Assembly: GCA_013377115.1 (NCBI GenBank)
Contig: JACAAW010000005.1
Location: forward strand, 1,744-65,743
DNA from: Bacteroidota bacterium
GTDB lineage: Bacteria > Bacteroidota > Bacteroidia > Bacteroidales > CG2-30-32-10
DNA length: 64,000 bases
Direction: 5' to 3'
Shown here: in pieces, positions 7,885 to 17,054 of the stretch
How the letters are laid out: the number at the start of each line of letters is the position of its first letter
Position numbering within the stretch: the first letter of the stretch is position 1
The notes under the pieces: generated by a model
Database searches by the model: none
The model's input: only the letters and a program-made list of their open reading frames with translations
What the model was told of the DNA's origin: nothing
Program-made: the position numbers and the translations under genes

Positions 7885-10800
7885 ATGGAACGTAAATACA
7901 CTGAGTATAAGAAACTTGATTTATCACAAGTTGGTAAAGATGTTTTAAAAGTATGGGAAGAAAACTCTGTTTTTGAAAAAAGCGTTGAAAATCGCGAAGG
8001 AAACCAAACCTTTGTCTTTTATGAAGGTCCGCCTTCTGCAAATGGTATTCCTGGAATTCACCATGTTATGGCCAGAACCATTAAAGACATTTTCTGTAGA
8101 TACAAAACTCTAAAAGGATACCAAGTTAAACGTAAAGCTGGCTGGGATACTCATGGTTTGCCAATTGAAATTAGCGTTGAAAAATCTTTAGGAATTACAA
8201 AAGAAGATATCGGTAAAACAATTTCTGTTGCTGATTATAATAAAGAATGTCGTAAGGATGTCATGAAATACAAAGATTTGTGGGACGACATCACGAAAAA
8301 AATGGGCTATTGGGTTGATTTAACAGATCCTTATATCACATTCGATAATAAATATATTGAAACAGTTTGGTATCTTCTTAAGAAACTTTACGATAAGGAA
8401 CTTTTATATAAAGGTTTTACAATTCAACCTTACTCACCAGCTGCAGGAACAGGATTAAGTACTCATGAACTTAACCAACCTGGTTGCTATAAAAATGTTA
8501 AGGACACCACTGTTGTTGGACAATTTAAAGTTGTTCGCAACGAAAAATCCGAATTTCTTTTCAATGATGTAGATACCGATTTGTTTTTCTTAGCATGGAC
8601 CACAACTCCTTGGACTTTGCCATCAAATACAGCATTGGCTGTTGGGAAAAACATCGAATATGTTCAGGTAAGGACATTCAACCCTTATACTTTTGAACCA
8701 ATTACAGTTATTCTTGGTAAAGATTTAAAAGAAAAATATTTTCCAGAAAAGAATACTGAGCTAAAAATTGAAGAATATAATAATGACCCTAAAAATATTC
8801 CTTTTGCTGAAAAGGCTATTTTCAAAGGAAAAGATTTAGATGGAATTCGCTACGAACAATTGTTACCTTACGTTCAGCCTACTGATGGCGATGCATTTAG
8901 AGTGATAATTGGTGATTTTGTTACTACCGAAGATGGAACTGGTATTGTTCATATTGCTCCTAGTTTTGGTGCAGACGACTTTAGAGTTGCGAAACAAAAT
9001 AAAATTGGTTCATTAACAATGGTTGATAAACAAGGTAAATTTATTGAAACAATGGGCGAGTTTGCTCATCGTTTTGTAAAAAATGAATACGACCCTAACT
9101 TCAAACCTGAAAACAATTCAGTTGATGTTGATATTGTTATCAAATTAAAAAAAGAAAACAGAGCTTTTAAATCCGAAAAATACGAACATTCCTATCCTCA
9201 TTGCTGGAGAACCGATAAACCGATTCTTTATTATCCGCTTGATTCTTGGTTTGTAAAAACTACTGCTTATAAAGAGCGAATGTTAGAATTGAACAAAACC
9301 ATAAAATGGAAACCAGAAGCAACCGGTACTGGTCGTTTTGGAAACTGGCTTGAAAATTTAGTGGATTGGAATTTATCTCGTTCCAGATTTTGGGGAATTC
9401 CAATTCCAATTTGGACTTCAGAAGATAAATCAGAGCAAATTGTTATTGGATCTGTTGAAGAATTAAAAGAGCAAATCACGAAATCTATTCGTGCAGGTTT
9501 TATGGCTGAGAATATCTTGGAGAAATTTGTTCCTGGAAATAATTCAAAAGAAAACTATGAACTTTTCGATATTCACAGACCGTATGTTGATGAAATTGTC
9601 TTGGTTTCATCTACTGGTAAGAAAATGTTCCGCGAGCCTGATTTAATTGATGTTTGGTTTGATTCTGGCTCAATGCCTTATGCTCAGCATCATTATCCTT
9701 TTGAAAATAACGATAAATTTAAAAATAATTTCCCTGCAGATTTTATTGCTGAGGGCGTTGATCAAACACGTGGTTGGTTTTTTACCCTTCACGCAATTGC
9801 GGTGATGCTTTTCGATTCTGTTTCTTTTAAAACAGTTGTTTCTAACGGATTGGTTTTGGATAAAAATGGAAACAAAATGTCGAAACGTCTTGGTAATGGC
9901 GTTGATCCTTTTGAAACCATCGAAAAATATGGTCCAGATGCCACTCGATGGTACATGATTACCAATGCACAACCTTGGGATAATTTGAAATTTGATCTCG
10001 AAGGAATTGGAGAGGTTCAACGTAAGTTTTTTGGTACATTATATAATACCTATTCGTTTTTTACTCTTTATGCAAATATTGATGGATTTGTTTATGAGCA
10101 GGATGAAATTCCGCTAAAAAACCGCCCAGAAATTGATCGCTGGATTATTTCGGAATTAAATTCATTGATTAAAGAAGTAGATGCTGCTTATGCAGATTAC
10201 GAACCAACCAAAGCTGGCCGTGCTATTCAATTATTCCTCGATGAACATTTAAGTAACTGGTACGTTCGCTTATGCCGTCGTCGTTTTTGGAAAGGTGATT
10301 ATTCAGCAGATAAAATTGCTGCATATCAAACCTTATATAAATGTATGATTACCATTGCAAAACTTTCGGCACCAATAGCCCCATTTTTTATGGACCAGCT
10401 ATTTAATGATTTAAATTCAGTTACAAAACAATACAAAGTGGAATCAATTCATCTTACTGATTTCCCTCATGTAAATGAAACTGCAATTGATAAAGCTTTA
10501 GAAGAAAGAATGCAAATGGCACAGAAATTTTCATCAATGGTTTTGGCATTGAGAAAAAAGGTAAATATTCGCGTTCGTCAGCCGCTCAATAAAATAATGA
10601 TTCCAATTTTGGACGAAAACTTCAAAAATCAAATTGAAGCAATCAAATCATTAATATTATCAGAAGTAAATGTTAAAGAAATTGAATACTTAACTGAAGA
10701 ATCTGGCGTTCTTGTAAAAAAGATAAAACCAAATTTCAAAACTTTAGGACCAAAATACGGAAAATTAATGAAGCAAATTGCTGCTGCAATTACCGAATTT

Positions 10801-11250
10801 ACTGCTGAAAACATTTCAAGTCTTGAAGCTAATGGGAATTTTCTTTTGAACATTGATGGAGAATCTATCGAAATTGATTTAACGGATGTTGAAATTCTTT
10901 TTGATGATATTCCTGGTTTCTTGGTGACAAATATTGATAATTTAACCGTGGCCCTAGATATTACACTTGATGAAAAGCTTATAGAGGAAGGTTTAGCCCG
11001 CGAAATAATAAACCGAATTCAAAATATTAGAAAAGATAGTAATTTCGATGTAACGGATAAAATTGAAGTACAAATTATTCAAGTTGACGAAATTATTTCA
11101 GTTATTAAAAATAATTATTCATATATTTGCCAAGAAACATTAGCGACTTCTATCGATTTAGTTAATAAAATTGATGATTCTGTAGCTTCTCACAAAGTTG
11201 AATTGACGGATGAAATTGAGATATTAATTAATGTAACAAGGTTAAACTAA
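7885..11250 (+). CDS. ileS: isoleucine--tRNA ligase
   Basis: About 1121 aa. Contains PPSANGIPGIHHVMART (HIGH-type region), KMSKRLGN (KMSKS) and CP1 editing region motifs. The ORF track starts at TTG 7882; I prefer the adjacent ATG at 7885. Confidence 0.93.
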   Translation: MERKYTEYKKLDLSQVGKDVLKVWEENSVFEKSVENREGNQTFVFYEGPPSANGIPGIHHVMARTIKDIFCRYKTLKGYQVKRKAGWDTHGLPIEISVEKSLGITKEDIGKTISVADYNKECRKDVMKYKDLWDDITKKMGYWVDLTDPYITFDNKYIETVWYLLKKLYDKELLYKGFTIQPYSPAAGTGLSTHELNQPGCYKNVKDTTVVGQFKVVRNEKSEFLFNDVDTDLFFLAWTTTPWTLPSNTALAVGKNIEYVQVRTFNPYTFEPITVILGKDLKEKYFPEKNTELKIEEYNNDPKNIPFAEKAIFKGKDLDGIRYEQLLPYVQPTDGDAFRVIIGDFVTTEDGTGIVHIAPSFGADDFRVAKQNKIGSLTMVDKQGKFIETMGEFAHRFVKNEYDPNFKPENNSVDVDIVIKLKKENRAFKSEKYEHSYPHCWRTDKPILYYPLDSWFVKTTAYKERMLELNKTIKWKPEATGTGRFGNWLENLVDWNLSRSRFWGIPIPIWTSEDKSEQIVIGSVEELKEQITKSIRAGFMAENILEKFVPGNNSKENYELFDIHRPYVDEIVLVSSTGKKMFREPDLIDVWFDSGSMPYAQHHYPFENNDKFKNNFPADFIAEGVDQTRGWFFTLHAIAVMLFDSVSFKTVVSNGLVLDKNGNKMSKRLGNGVDPFETIEKYGPDATRWYMITNAQPWDNLKFDLEGIGEVQRKFFGTLYNTYSFFTLYANIDGFVYEQDEIPLKNRPEIDRWIISELNSLIKEVDAAYADYEPTKAGRAIQLFLDEHLSNWYVRLCRRRFWKGDYSADKIAAYQTLYKCMITIAKLSAPIAPFFMDQLFNDLNSVTKQYKVESIHLTDFPHVNETAIDKALEERMQMAQKFSSMVLALRKKVNIRVRQPLNKIMIPILDENFKNQIEAIKSLILSEVNVKEIEYLTEESGVLVKKIKPNFKTLGPKYGKLMKQIAAAITEFTAENISSLEANGNFLLNIDGESIEIDLTDVEILFDDIPGFLVTNIDNLTVALDITLDEKLIEEGLAREIINRIQNIRKDSNFDVTDKIEVQIIQVDEIISVIKNNYSYICQETLATSIDLVNKIDDSVASHKVELTDEIEILINVTRLN

Positions 11251-11268
11251 TTGTTAAAAAATACGAAT

Positions 11269-11676
11269 ATGGAAAACGAAAAAAACATCGAAATTAAAAG
11301 GTTCTCTGACGAAGAATTGCAAGAATTTAAAGAGTTGATTCTTAAAAAGTTAGAAGGAGCTAAAGACGATTTAAAACTTCTGACTGAAGCCTATACTTCA
11401 AAAAATGATAATGATACCAATGATACTTCTCCTTCATTTAAGGTTTTAGAAGAAGGTTCTCAGGTTTTATCGAAAGAAGAAAATTCTCATTTAGCAGCAC
11501 GTCAGCAAAAATTTATTCGCGATTTGGAGAATGCATTGATTCGCATTCAAAATAAAACTTACGGAATTTGCCGTGTTACCGGAAAATTAATCTCTAAAGA
11601 AAGATTAAAAAGTGTTCCTCATGCTACATTAAGTATGGAGGCAAAACTTAATCAACCAAACACTAAAAAGTTATAA
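11269..11676 (+). CDS. TraR/DksA family zinc-finger-like protein
   Basis: About 135 aa. It has an acidic coiled-coil N-terminus and a C-terminal YGICRVTGKLISKERLKSVPHATL resembling the DksA/TraR finger region. The position between ileS and lspA is typical. Start taken at ATG 11269 rather than TTG 11251. Confidence 0.7.
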   Translation: MENEKNIEIKRFSDEELQEFKELILKKLEGAKDDLKLLTEAYTSKNDNDTNDTSPSFKVLEEGSQVLSKEENSHLAARQQKFIRDLENALIRIQNKTYGICRVTGKLISKERLKSVPHATLSMEAKLNQPNTKKL

Positions 11677-11699
11677 TAACTTGTTTTAAATTTCTGATT

Positions 11700-12368
11700 G
11701 TGAAGAATAAGTTATTATTTAAGTCCATTTTAGTTGTTTCTCTTGTAATTCTTTTCGACCAAATTGTGAAGTTTTGGATAAAAACTCACATGTATCTTGG
11801 TCAGGAATATAAAGTTTTTGGCAATTGGTTTATTATACATTTCACCGAAAACCCAGGTATGGCATTTGGGATGGAGTTTGGAGGAAATTATGGTAAATTA
11901 TTTTTAAGCCTTTTTAGAATTGTAGCCGTAATCATTATTGGTTGGTATATTTTTAAATTATCGAAGAAAAAAGAAACCAGTTCATGGCTAATCGTCTGTG
12001 TTTCTTTAATTTTGGCTGGCGCTTTGGGAAATATTATTGATAGCGTTTTTTACGGTTTGATTTTTAACGAAAGCTCTTTCCAAGTTGCATCATTTATGCC
12101 TACGGAAGGCGGCTATGCAAGTTTGCTTCATGGAAAAGTGGTTGATATGCTGTATTTCCCATTGTTCAATATTACATTTCCTGAGTGGTTTCCTTTTTGG
12201 GGTGGAGAAAAACATTTGTTTTTCAGTCCGGTTTTTAACATCGCCGACTCCGTAATTACAATTGGAGTGATTTTGATGATTATTTTTCAGAAAAAAGTTT
12301 TTGGAAAAGCAAATCCTGAATATACTTCCACAGAAAATCCAGTTGCTGAAACACCAGAGAATATCTAA
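11700..12368 (+). CDS. lspA: lipoprotein signal peptidase II
   Basis: 222 aa with a GTG start. Four hydrophobic segments plus the motifs NPGMAFG and GALGNIIDSVFYG. Confidence 0.88.
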   Translation: MKNKLLFKSILVVSLVILFDQIVKFWIKTHMYLGQEYKVFGNWFIIHFTENPGMAFGMEFGGNYGKLFLSLFRIVAVIIIGWYIFKLSKKKETSSWLIVCVSLILAGALGNIIDSVFYGLIFNESSFQVASFMPTEGGYASLLHGKVVDMLYFPLFNITFPEWFPFWGGEKHLFFSPVFNIADSVITIGVILMIIFQKKVFGKANPEYTSTENPVAETPENI

Positions 12369-12374
12369 TTCTTT

Positions 12375-13298
12375 CTATTCAACTTTCTCAAAAACCATTC
12401 TATAATGGTCAAGAATTTCTCTTTGGAAAGTAATGATGTTCGCTCCGATGAAAAATCTTCTTAACCAATGTCTGAAATGTTTGCTTGAAACGTATTTTGG
12501 TGCGAATGAAGCATATAGCAAATACTTTTGAAAATGATATTCTTTAAATTTTTTGGTCCACTGACGAATCGTTTCCATATAATCCAATCTGCCACAATCT
12601 ACCGACAATAATTTGAAATGAGGTTTGGCTGTTTCGATCATTTGTTCTGAGCCATATGGTAACCAGGAACCTGGAAAAACATCGCATAAAATGGCAAGAA
12701 TTTCAGGGTCGGTAAATTCATCTTTATACAAATCAACGTTGCCAAAAGGAATTTGATCCAAAGGCATTACATTTTTACCAAATACCATCGTTTGAATGTA
12801 AATCTTTCCTCCAACAGGAATTAAATCGCTCAGTTGTTGATAATAATTTCTGTAAATTTCATCTTGTTTCCCAGCTTTGTATTCTTCGATTGAACATAAG
12901 TGCTCAGGGCTGCCCATAGCTGTGATGACATCGAATTTGGTTCCAAAAGTTTCTTCATTAACCAATTTGGAATCCAAATGTTTTACATTCAATCCGTTTT
13001 TTATACAGGCATCGGCTTGTCCTTTGGCCAAAACAACTCCGTATGCATCGGCTCCCAAATCACTAACATATTTTAAAAAAGCACCCCAACCACAACCCAA
13101 ATCTAAAACTTTTGTTCCTTTACCAATACCTAAATGTTCTGCAATAAATTGATGTTTCTTTTCTTGTGCATCAATTAATTTCATGGAAAAATCTCCATCA
13201 TATCTTGCACAACTATAAGCTCCCATTTCTCCCATGCTATAACGGAAGAGTTTATCCATAACGGTATAATGAGCATCTAGGTCTTTTTGATTTGCCAT
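12375..13298 (-). CDS. class I SAM-dependent methyltransferase, cyclopropane-fatty-acyl-phospholipid synthase-like
   Basis: 307 aa. SAM-binding motif KVLDLGCGWGAF is present, and the overall pattern is CMAS-like (FDVITAMGSPEH, YIQTMV). Confidence 0.75.
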   Translation of the reverse strand: MANQKDLDAHYTVMDKLFRYSMGEMGAYSCARYDGDFSMKLIDAQEKKHQFIAEHLGIGKGTKVLDLGCGWGAFLKYVSDLGADAYGVVLAKGQADACIKNGLNVKHLDSKLVNEETFGTKFDVITAMGSPEHLCSIEEYKAGKQDEIYRNYYQQLSDLIPVGGKIYIQTMVFGKNVMPLDQIPFGNVDLYKDEFTDPEILAILCDVFPGSWLPYGSEQMIETAKPHFKLLSVDCGRLDYMETIRQWTKKFKEYHFQKYLLYASFAPKYVSSKHFRHWLRRFFIGANIITFQREILDHYRMVFEKVE

Positions 13299-13400
13299 TT
13301 TATTCGGGGGTTAATGGTTCTTTAATTTAATAAACTTGGTAAAGATATCGTTTTCATCAATTCAATGATAAAGGAATTATAATAATTGCAAATTGTAATT

Positions 13401-13877
13401 TTACTTTTCTTTGCTTTTGATGAAATCAATCAACTTATTCTTTTGTTCTTCTGATAATTCCGAATTTTCAACTGAATTTATTTTGGATTCAGTGGTGGTG
13501 GTAGAAAAAGAAGTTTTATTTGCTAATTTGGTTTTTAATTTTTCGAGAATTAGTATTTTTTGTTCTTCAGAAATATCTAAGTTCTCAATGTTTTTTTCAA
13601 CAGTAGAAATAGTTTCTGCTTCAGAAATATCCTTGTCAAACAAAGAAAAAATGTCATTTGTTTTTGCCTCTCCAGTCGAAATGGTTTGATTCTCCGTAAT
13701 ATTTGGATTATAGCCAGCGCTTTTTGGTTTTGAAATACTTGAAAATGTGTTGAAACTGTTCATTTCTTCTTCCTGTTTCTGTCTTCGCTTTTTGCGGATA
13801 TAGTTTAAAATTAGAACCAAAATGATGATATCGATAACTGCAAAAATGATAATAAAGTGGCTTGTTGAGAATTCCAT
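13401..13877 (-). CDS. hypothetical single-pass membrane protein
   Basis: 158 aa. An N-terminal TM helix is followed by RKKRRQKQEEE, then an acidic tail with two SEEQK-containing segments. It starts 7 nt after the GH18 gene stop, so co-transcription is likely. Confidence 0.5.
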   Translation of the reverse strand: MEFSTSHFIIIFAVIDIIILVLILNYIRKKRRQKQEEEMNSFNTFSSISKPKSAGYNPNITENQTISTGEAKTNDIFSLFDKDISEAETISTVEKNIENLDISEEQKILILEKLKTKLANKTSFSTTTTESKINSVENSELSEEQKNKLIDFIKSKEK

Positions 13878-13884
13878 AAATATG

Positions 13885-16872
13885 CTAATTACAAATAATT
13901 TTATGATAGGTGGTTTTATTGTTTTTGTCGGTCAAAATTAAAATATAAGTGCTGTTTCGCAAATTTTCAATTTTGAGTTTCGTCTGATTATTGCCCGACC
14001 TTTTTAAAATTGCATTTCCGAGGAGATCATTAATTTGAATTTCATTGATTGATGTCTTTGAATCGATTGTAAAAGAACCGTTTGATGGATTTGGGAAAAC
14101 AACAGTCTCTTTCAAATTCTCTATTAGATTTATTGCAATAAACAAATCTTCATAAACAACACCATCGCTGCTAGCGATTGATGAGGATAAACCAGCTCCA
14201 TTAATCATTCTTAAATTGATAAAATATTTTTGATTGTTTATTAATGAAAGTCCAGTTTTTACCACGAAAGAGTCCAACAAATTATTGGTCCAGGCAACAA
14301 TATCAGAATCACCTGCCATTGTGCCTATCGAATACCAATATTCAGAAATATCAGAATTGATATCAGTAGATGGTGTCCAATTTGCTGAGAGCTGATTTGA
14401 TTGATGTGTGGTGTCAATATCAATTCCCAAACTATCATTTACTATTGAAATATTGATGGGCTGAGTATAATCAATTTTTAAATTGTGTGAAGCAATAGTG
14501 GAAATATTCCCAATAGAATCATTCACAATGGATTTTATTTTTGCAGCAAAACTGGCTGGATTCATATTTTGAAAACGGATATCTTTTGAAATTGAGTTTC
14601 CAACGCTGATATTTGTTGTTGGATATCTTGAACGAAAAACTTCTAATTCCTTAATTTTTGCTTTGCAATTTCCTGTTCGAAAAGAAACATAATTTCCTGA
14701 ATATGTGGGCGGACTTAGGTCAGTCCAGGTGGCCAAAAAAACATCGTCTCGGTAAACCATCATTTTGCCCGAAATTCTGTCAAAAGTAATTTTCAAATCA
14801 TAATATTGATTATAGTTTGTAACAATATTATTAATAGTACTTACCAAAGTAAAAACATCGTTGGTAACTTTATAAAATTCTAGTTTAGAGGTTTCTATCC
14901 TGAAATAGATGAAATAGGAGTTTCTTCGATTCGAATATTGGGCGCTATCGCAAAAAAAGTGAAACCCAAAACGGTGTTGGTTGGTAAGATAATTCCCTGG
15001 CAAAGCTTTAAAGGTAAAATGATACAAATAACGGTTCGATAAATTTTGGTTTAAGGGAGCAAAAATATTCGAATTTCCGATAGTTGAATCAGCTTGAAAT
15101 AATTCTCCATTACTCACTGACCAAGTATTTGAACCAAGCGGATTGGTCCACAAGGATGCTTTTAAAGTATCGAAATTATCTGTAAGGAAACCATTATTGG
15201 TATTGGCTTCCCAATCAAATCCATTAAAATCACTAACCGTATAATACGCTTTTTCAATGCCGCTGCCACCAATATTATCAGCATCGGCAAATGTGGCCAG
15301 AAAATCCTGAGTTTTCCATAGATTATTTGTTGAAATGCTGGTTGTTGGGGAGATATTATCAATATAACAATTCCAGTAAGCTTTCCAGCCAGCGGCATTG
15401 GTTGCATTGTCTGATTTGTATTTCAGTGTTAATGCATTTCCAGTAGCATTTACAGTTCCCGGACTATTGGTTCCAGTATAAGCTCCAATTAATGGCGATG
15501 CAGTGGAAGTACCATTATAAATCCAAAGCGTATCGTAACCTGGTTCAGTTGAAAATGATTGAAATGTCAGCGATAAAGACGAGGCACCTGAAGGGGAAAT
15601 GGTATACGAATAATTTTCTCTGTCGTAATAATTGCGGTCAGGGCCACCCATATCGTAAATGGTATCGCTACAAGGAATTGTTCCGCAATTGGTAAATTTA
15701 TCTTTAATTTGATTCCAAAGTTCAACATAGCCATCATCGTAGCCAAGTGCCCAAATACCAATACCGCCAATATTGCGTTGGTTTACCAATTCAAATCTTT
15801 TTCCCATACTAAAACCATCATCAGCAAAACACTGATTCCATTGGGCTCCAGTTTGAAACGCATAATATGGTGTAAAACTGGTATTGTTCCATAATTTATT
15901 GCTGTAATTTCCACTGGCATTGTCCCTAACATATTTATAGGTTCGTGAAACGCCTGTTGCTGATACGTTTGATGGAACGGTATTAGAAACGGTTGGCCAT
16001 TCTCTGCCATAATAAGGCAATCCTAAAATAAGTTTATTGTTGGGAACCCCTTTATTTAAGTAGTAATTTACTGATTTTGTATGACAATAATTATATCCAG
16101 TTGTTAAATTATAAAGTGGATCGGTTGGGCCAGCTTGTGCACTACCGCTGTAATAATAATCATAACCCATAATAATAAACAAATCTACGGAGGGTTCCAT
16201 GGCAACAACATCATAAGTGTCGCTCCATTCAACAGAAGGCAAATCAACAGAAATTTGAGAACCTGGAATTTGAGAATGAAACTGATTGCATAAACTAATC
16301 ATAAAACTGGTGAAATTTGCTTTTTGTGCCGATGGAACTCCTTCAAAATCAATGTTTACACCATCAGCATTGCGACTTTGAACCAGAGTAATTAAATTGG
16401 TTATTAAGGTTTGAACCGCTGTAGGATTTTGCAAAAAGGTAGCATGACTGGCAAATAAACAAACAGCTAAATTTACTCGAACTCCATGTGCTTGAGCAGA
16501 ATCAACAACTTTGGCTGTTGCCCACCCATTGGTAGAACTCGCATTTCCGGTTGCAGGGTCAACGTCGTAATCAAAGTAAGAGAGATCTGTAAGTAAGGAC
16601 CAATCATAATTATAATAGGTGGTTCCGACCCAATAGGGATGCCAGCCAAAAACAATTTTGTTTAAATTACATGATTTTGAAATATTGTTATTCTGCTGAT
16701 TAGCTGATTGGCCGATTCGGTTTGATAAACTATCCCATTGTAATTCATTTTGGAATTTGAAGCCAGCATATTTTTCTGATTCTTCTTGCATTATTGATTT
16801 GAAAGGGCTTTGCTGTGCCTGGGAAATCATCGCAAAAAAGCAAAAAAACATTACAAATAGGAATCTTTGCAT
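13885..16872 (-). CDS. secreted GH18 glycoside hydrolase fused to a CUB-like domain, a lectin-like (LamG/ConA-like) module and a T9SS type A sorting domain
   Basis: 995 aa with a signal peptide. The GH18 catalytic motif is DGVNIDFEG. The CUB-like segment is YDMGGPDRNYYDRENYSYTISP...YDTLWIYNG...GWKAYW. A ~300-aa module is paralogous to 50711-51596. The C-terminus reads VVFPNPSNGSFTIDS...STYILILTD. Confidence 0.85.
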   Translation of the reverse strand: MQRFLFVMFFCFFAMISQAQQSPFKSIMQEESEKYAGFKFQNELQWDSLSNRIGQSANQQNNNISKSCNLNKIVFGWHPYWVGTTYYNYDWSLLTDLSYFDYDVDPATGNASSTNGWATAKVVDSAQAHGVRVNLAVCLFASHATFLQNPTAVQTLITNLITLVQSRNADGVNIDFEGVPSAQKANFTSFMISLCNQFHSQIPGSQISVDLPSVEWSDTYDVVAMEPSVDLFIIMGYDYYYSGSAQAGPTDPLYNLTTGYNYCHTKSVNYYLNKGVPNNKLILGLPYYGREWPTVSNTVPSNVSATGVSRTYKYVRDNASGNYSNKLWNNTSFTPYYAFQTGAQWNQCFADDGFSMGKRFELVNQRNIGGIGIWALGYDDGYVELWNQIKDKFTNCGTIPCSDTIYDMGGPDRNYYDRENYSYTISPSGASSLSLTFQSFSTEPGYDTLWIYNGTSTASPLIGAYTGTNSPGTVNATGNALTLKYKSDNATNAAGWKAYWNCYIDNISPTTSISTNNLWKTQDFLATFADADNIGGSGIEKAYYTVSDFNGFDWEANTNNGFLTDNFDTLKASLWTNPLGSNTWSVSNGELFQADSTIGNSNIFAPLNQNLSNRYLYHFTFKALPGNYLTNQHRFGFHFFCDSAQYSNRRNSYFIYFRIETSKLEFYKVTNDVFTLVSTINNIVTNYNQYYDLKITFDRISGKMMVYRDDVFLATWTDLSPPTYSGNYVSFRTGNCKAKIKELEVFRSRYPTTNISVGNSISKDIRFQNMNPASFAAKIKSIVNDSIGNISTIASHNLKIDYTQPINISIVNDSLGIDIDTTHQSNQLSANWTPSTDINSDISEYWYSIGTMAGDSDIVAWTNNLLDSFVVKTGLSLINNQKYFINLRMINGAGLSSSIASSDGVVYEDLFIAINLIENLKETVVFPNPSNGSFTIDSKTSINEIQINDLLGNAILKRSGNNQTKLKIENLRNSTYILILTDKNNKTTYHKIICN

Positions 16873-16905
16873 AAAAAATTATAAATAAGTGAATTATTAC
16901 TCAAA

Positions 16906-16913
16906 CAAATGTA
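16906..16913 (-). promoter_or_regulatory. -7 box (TAnnTTTG) for the GH18 gene
   Basis: Plus strand CAAATGTA is TACATTTG on the minus strand, 34 nt upstream of the ATG at 16872. Confidence 0.45.
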
Positions 16914-17016
16914 AGAATAAAAATTATCTAAATACAATAGTAATTTTCCGAAAAGAGGATTGAATTATTTTTTTATGAAATTAAAAATATTGCTTGATTA
17001 TTAATTAATTATAGTT

Positions 17017-17024
17017 TATTTTTG
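17017..17024 (+). promoter_or_regulatory. -7 box (TAnnTTTG) for the 17055 gene
   Basis: TATTTTTG, 31 nt before the ATG at 17055. This supports the internal ATG over the TTG at 17022. Confidence 0.45.
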
Positions 17025-17054
17025 TTTGCCCTCAACTACATTATTCATTATATA

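Noticed and set aside
7787-8041. An 84-aa minus-strand ORF overlapping the ileS start.
   Set aside because: It overlaps the ileS promoter and 5' coding region, and it has a basic, low-complexity composition. It is a shadow ORF.
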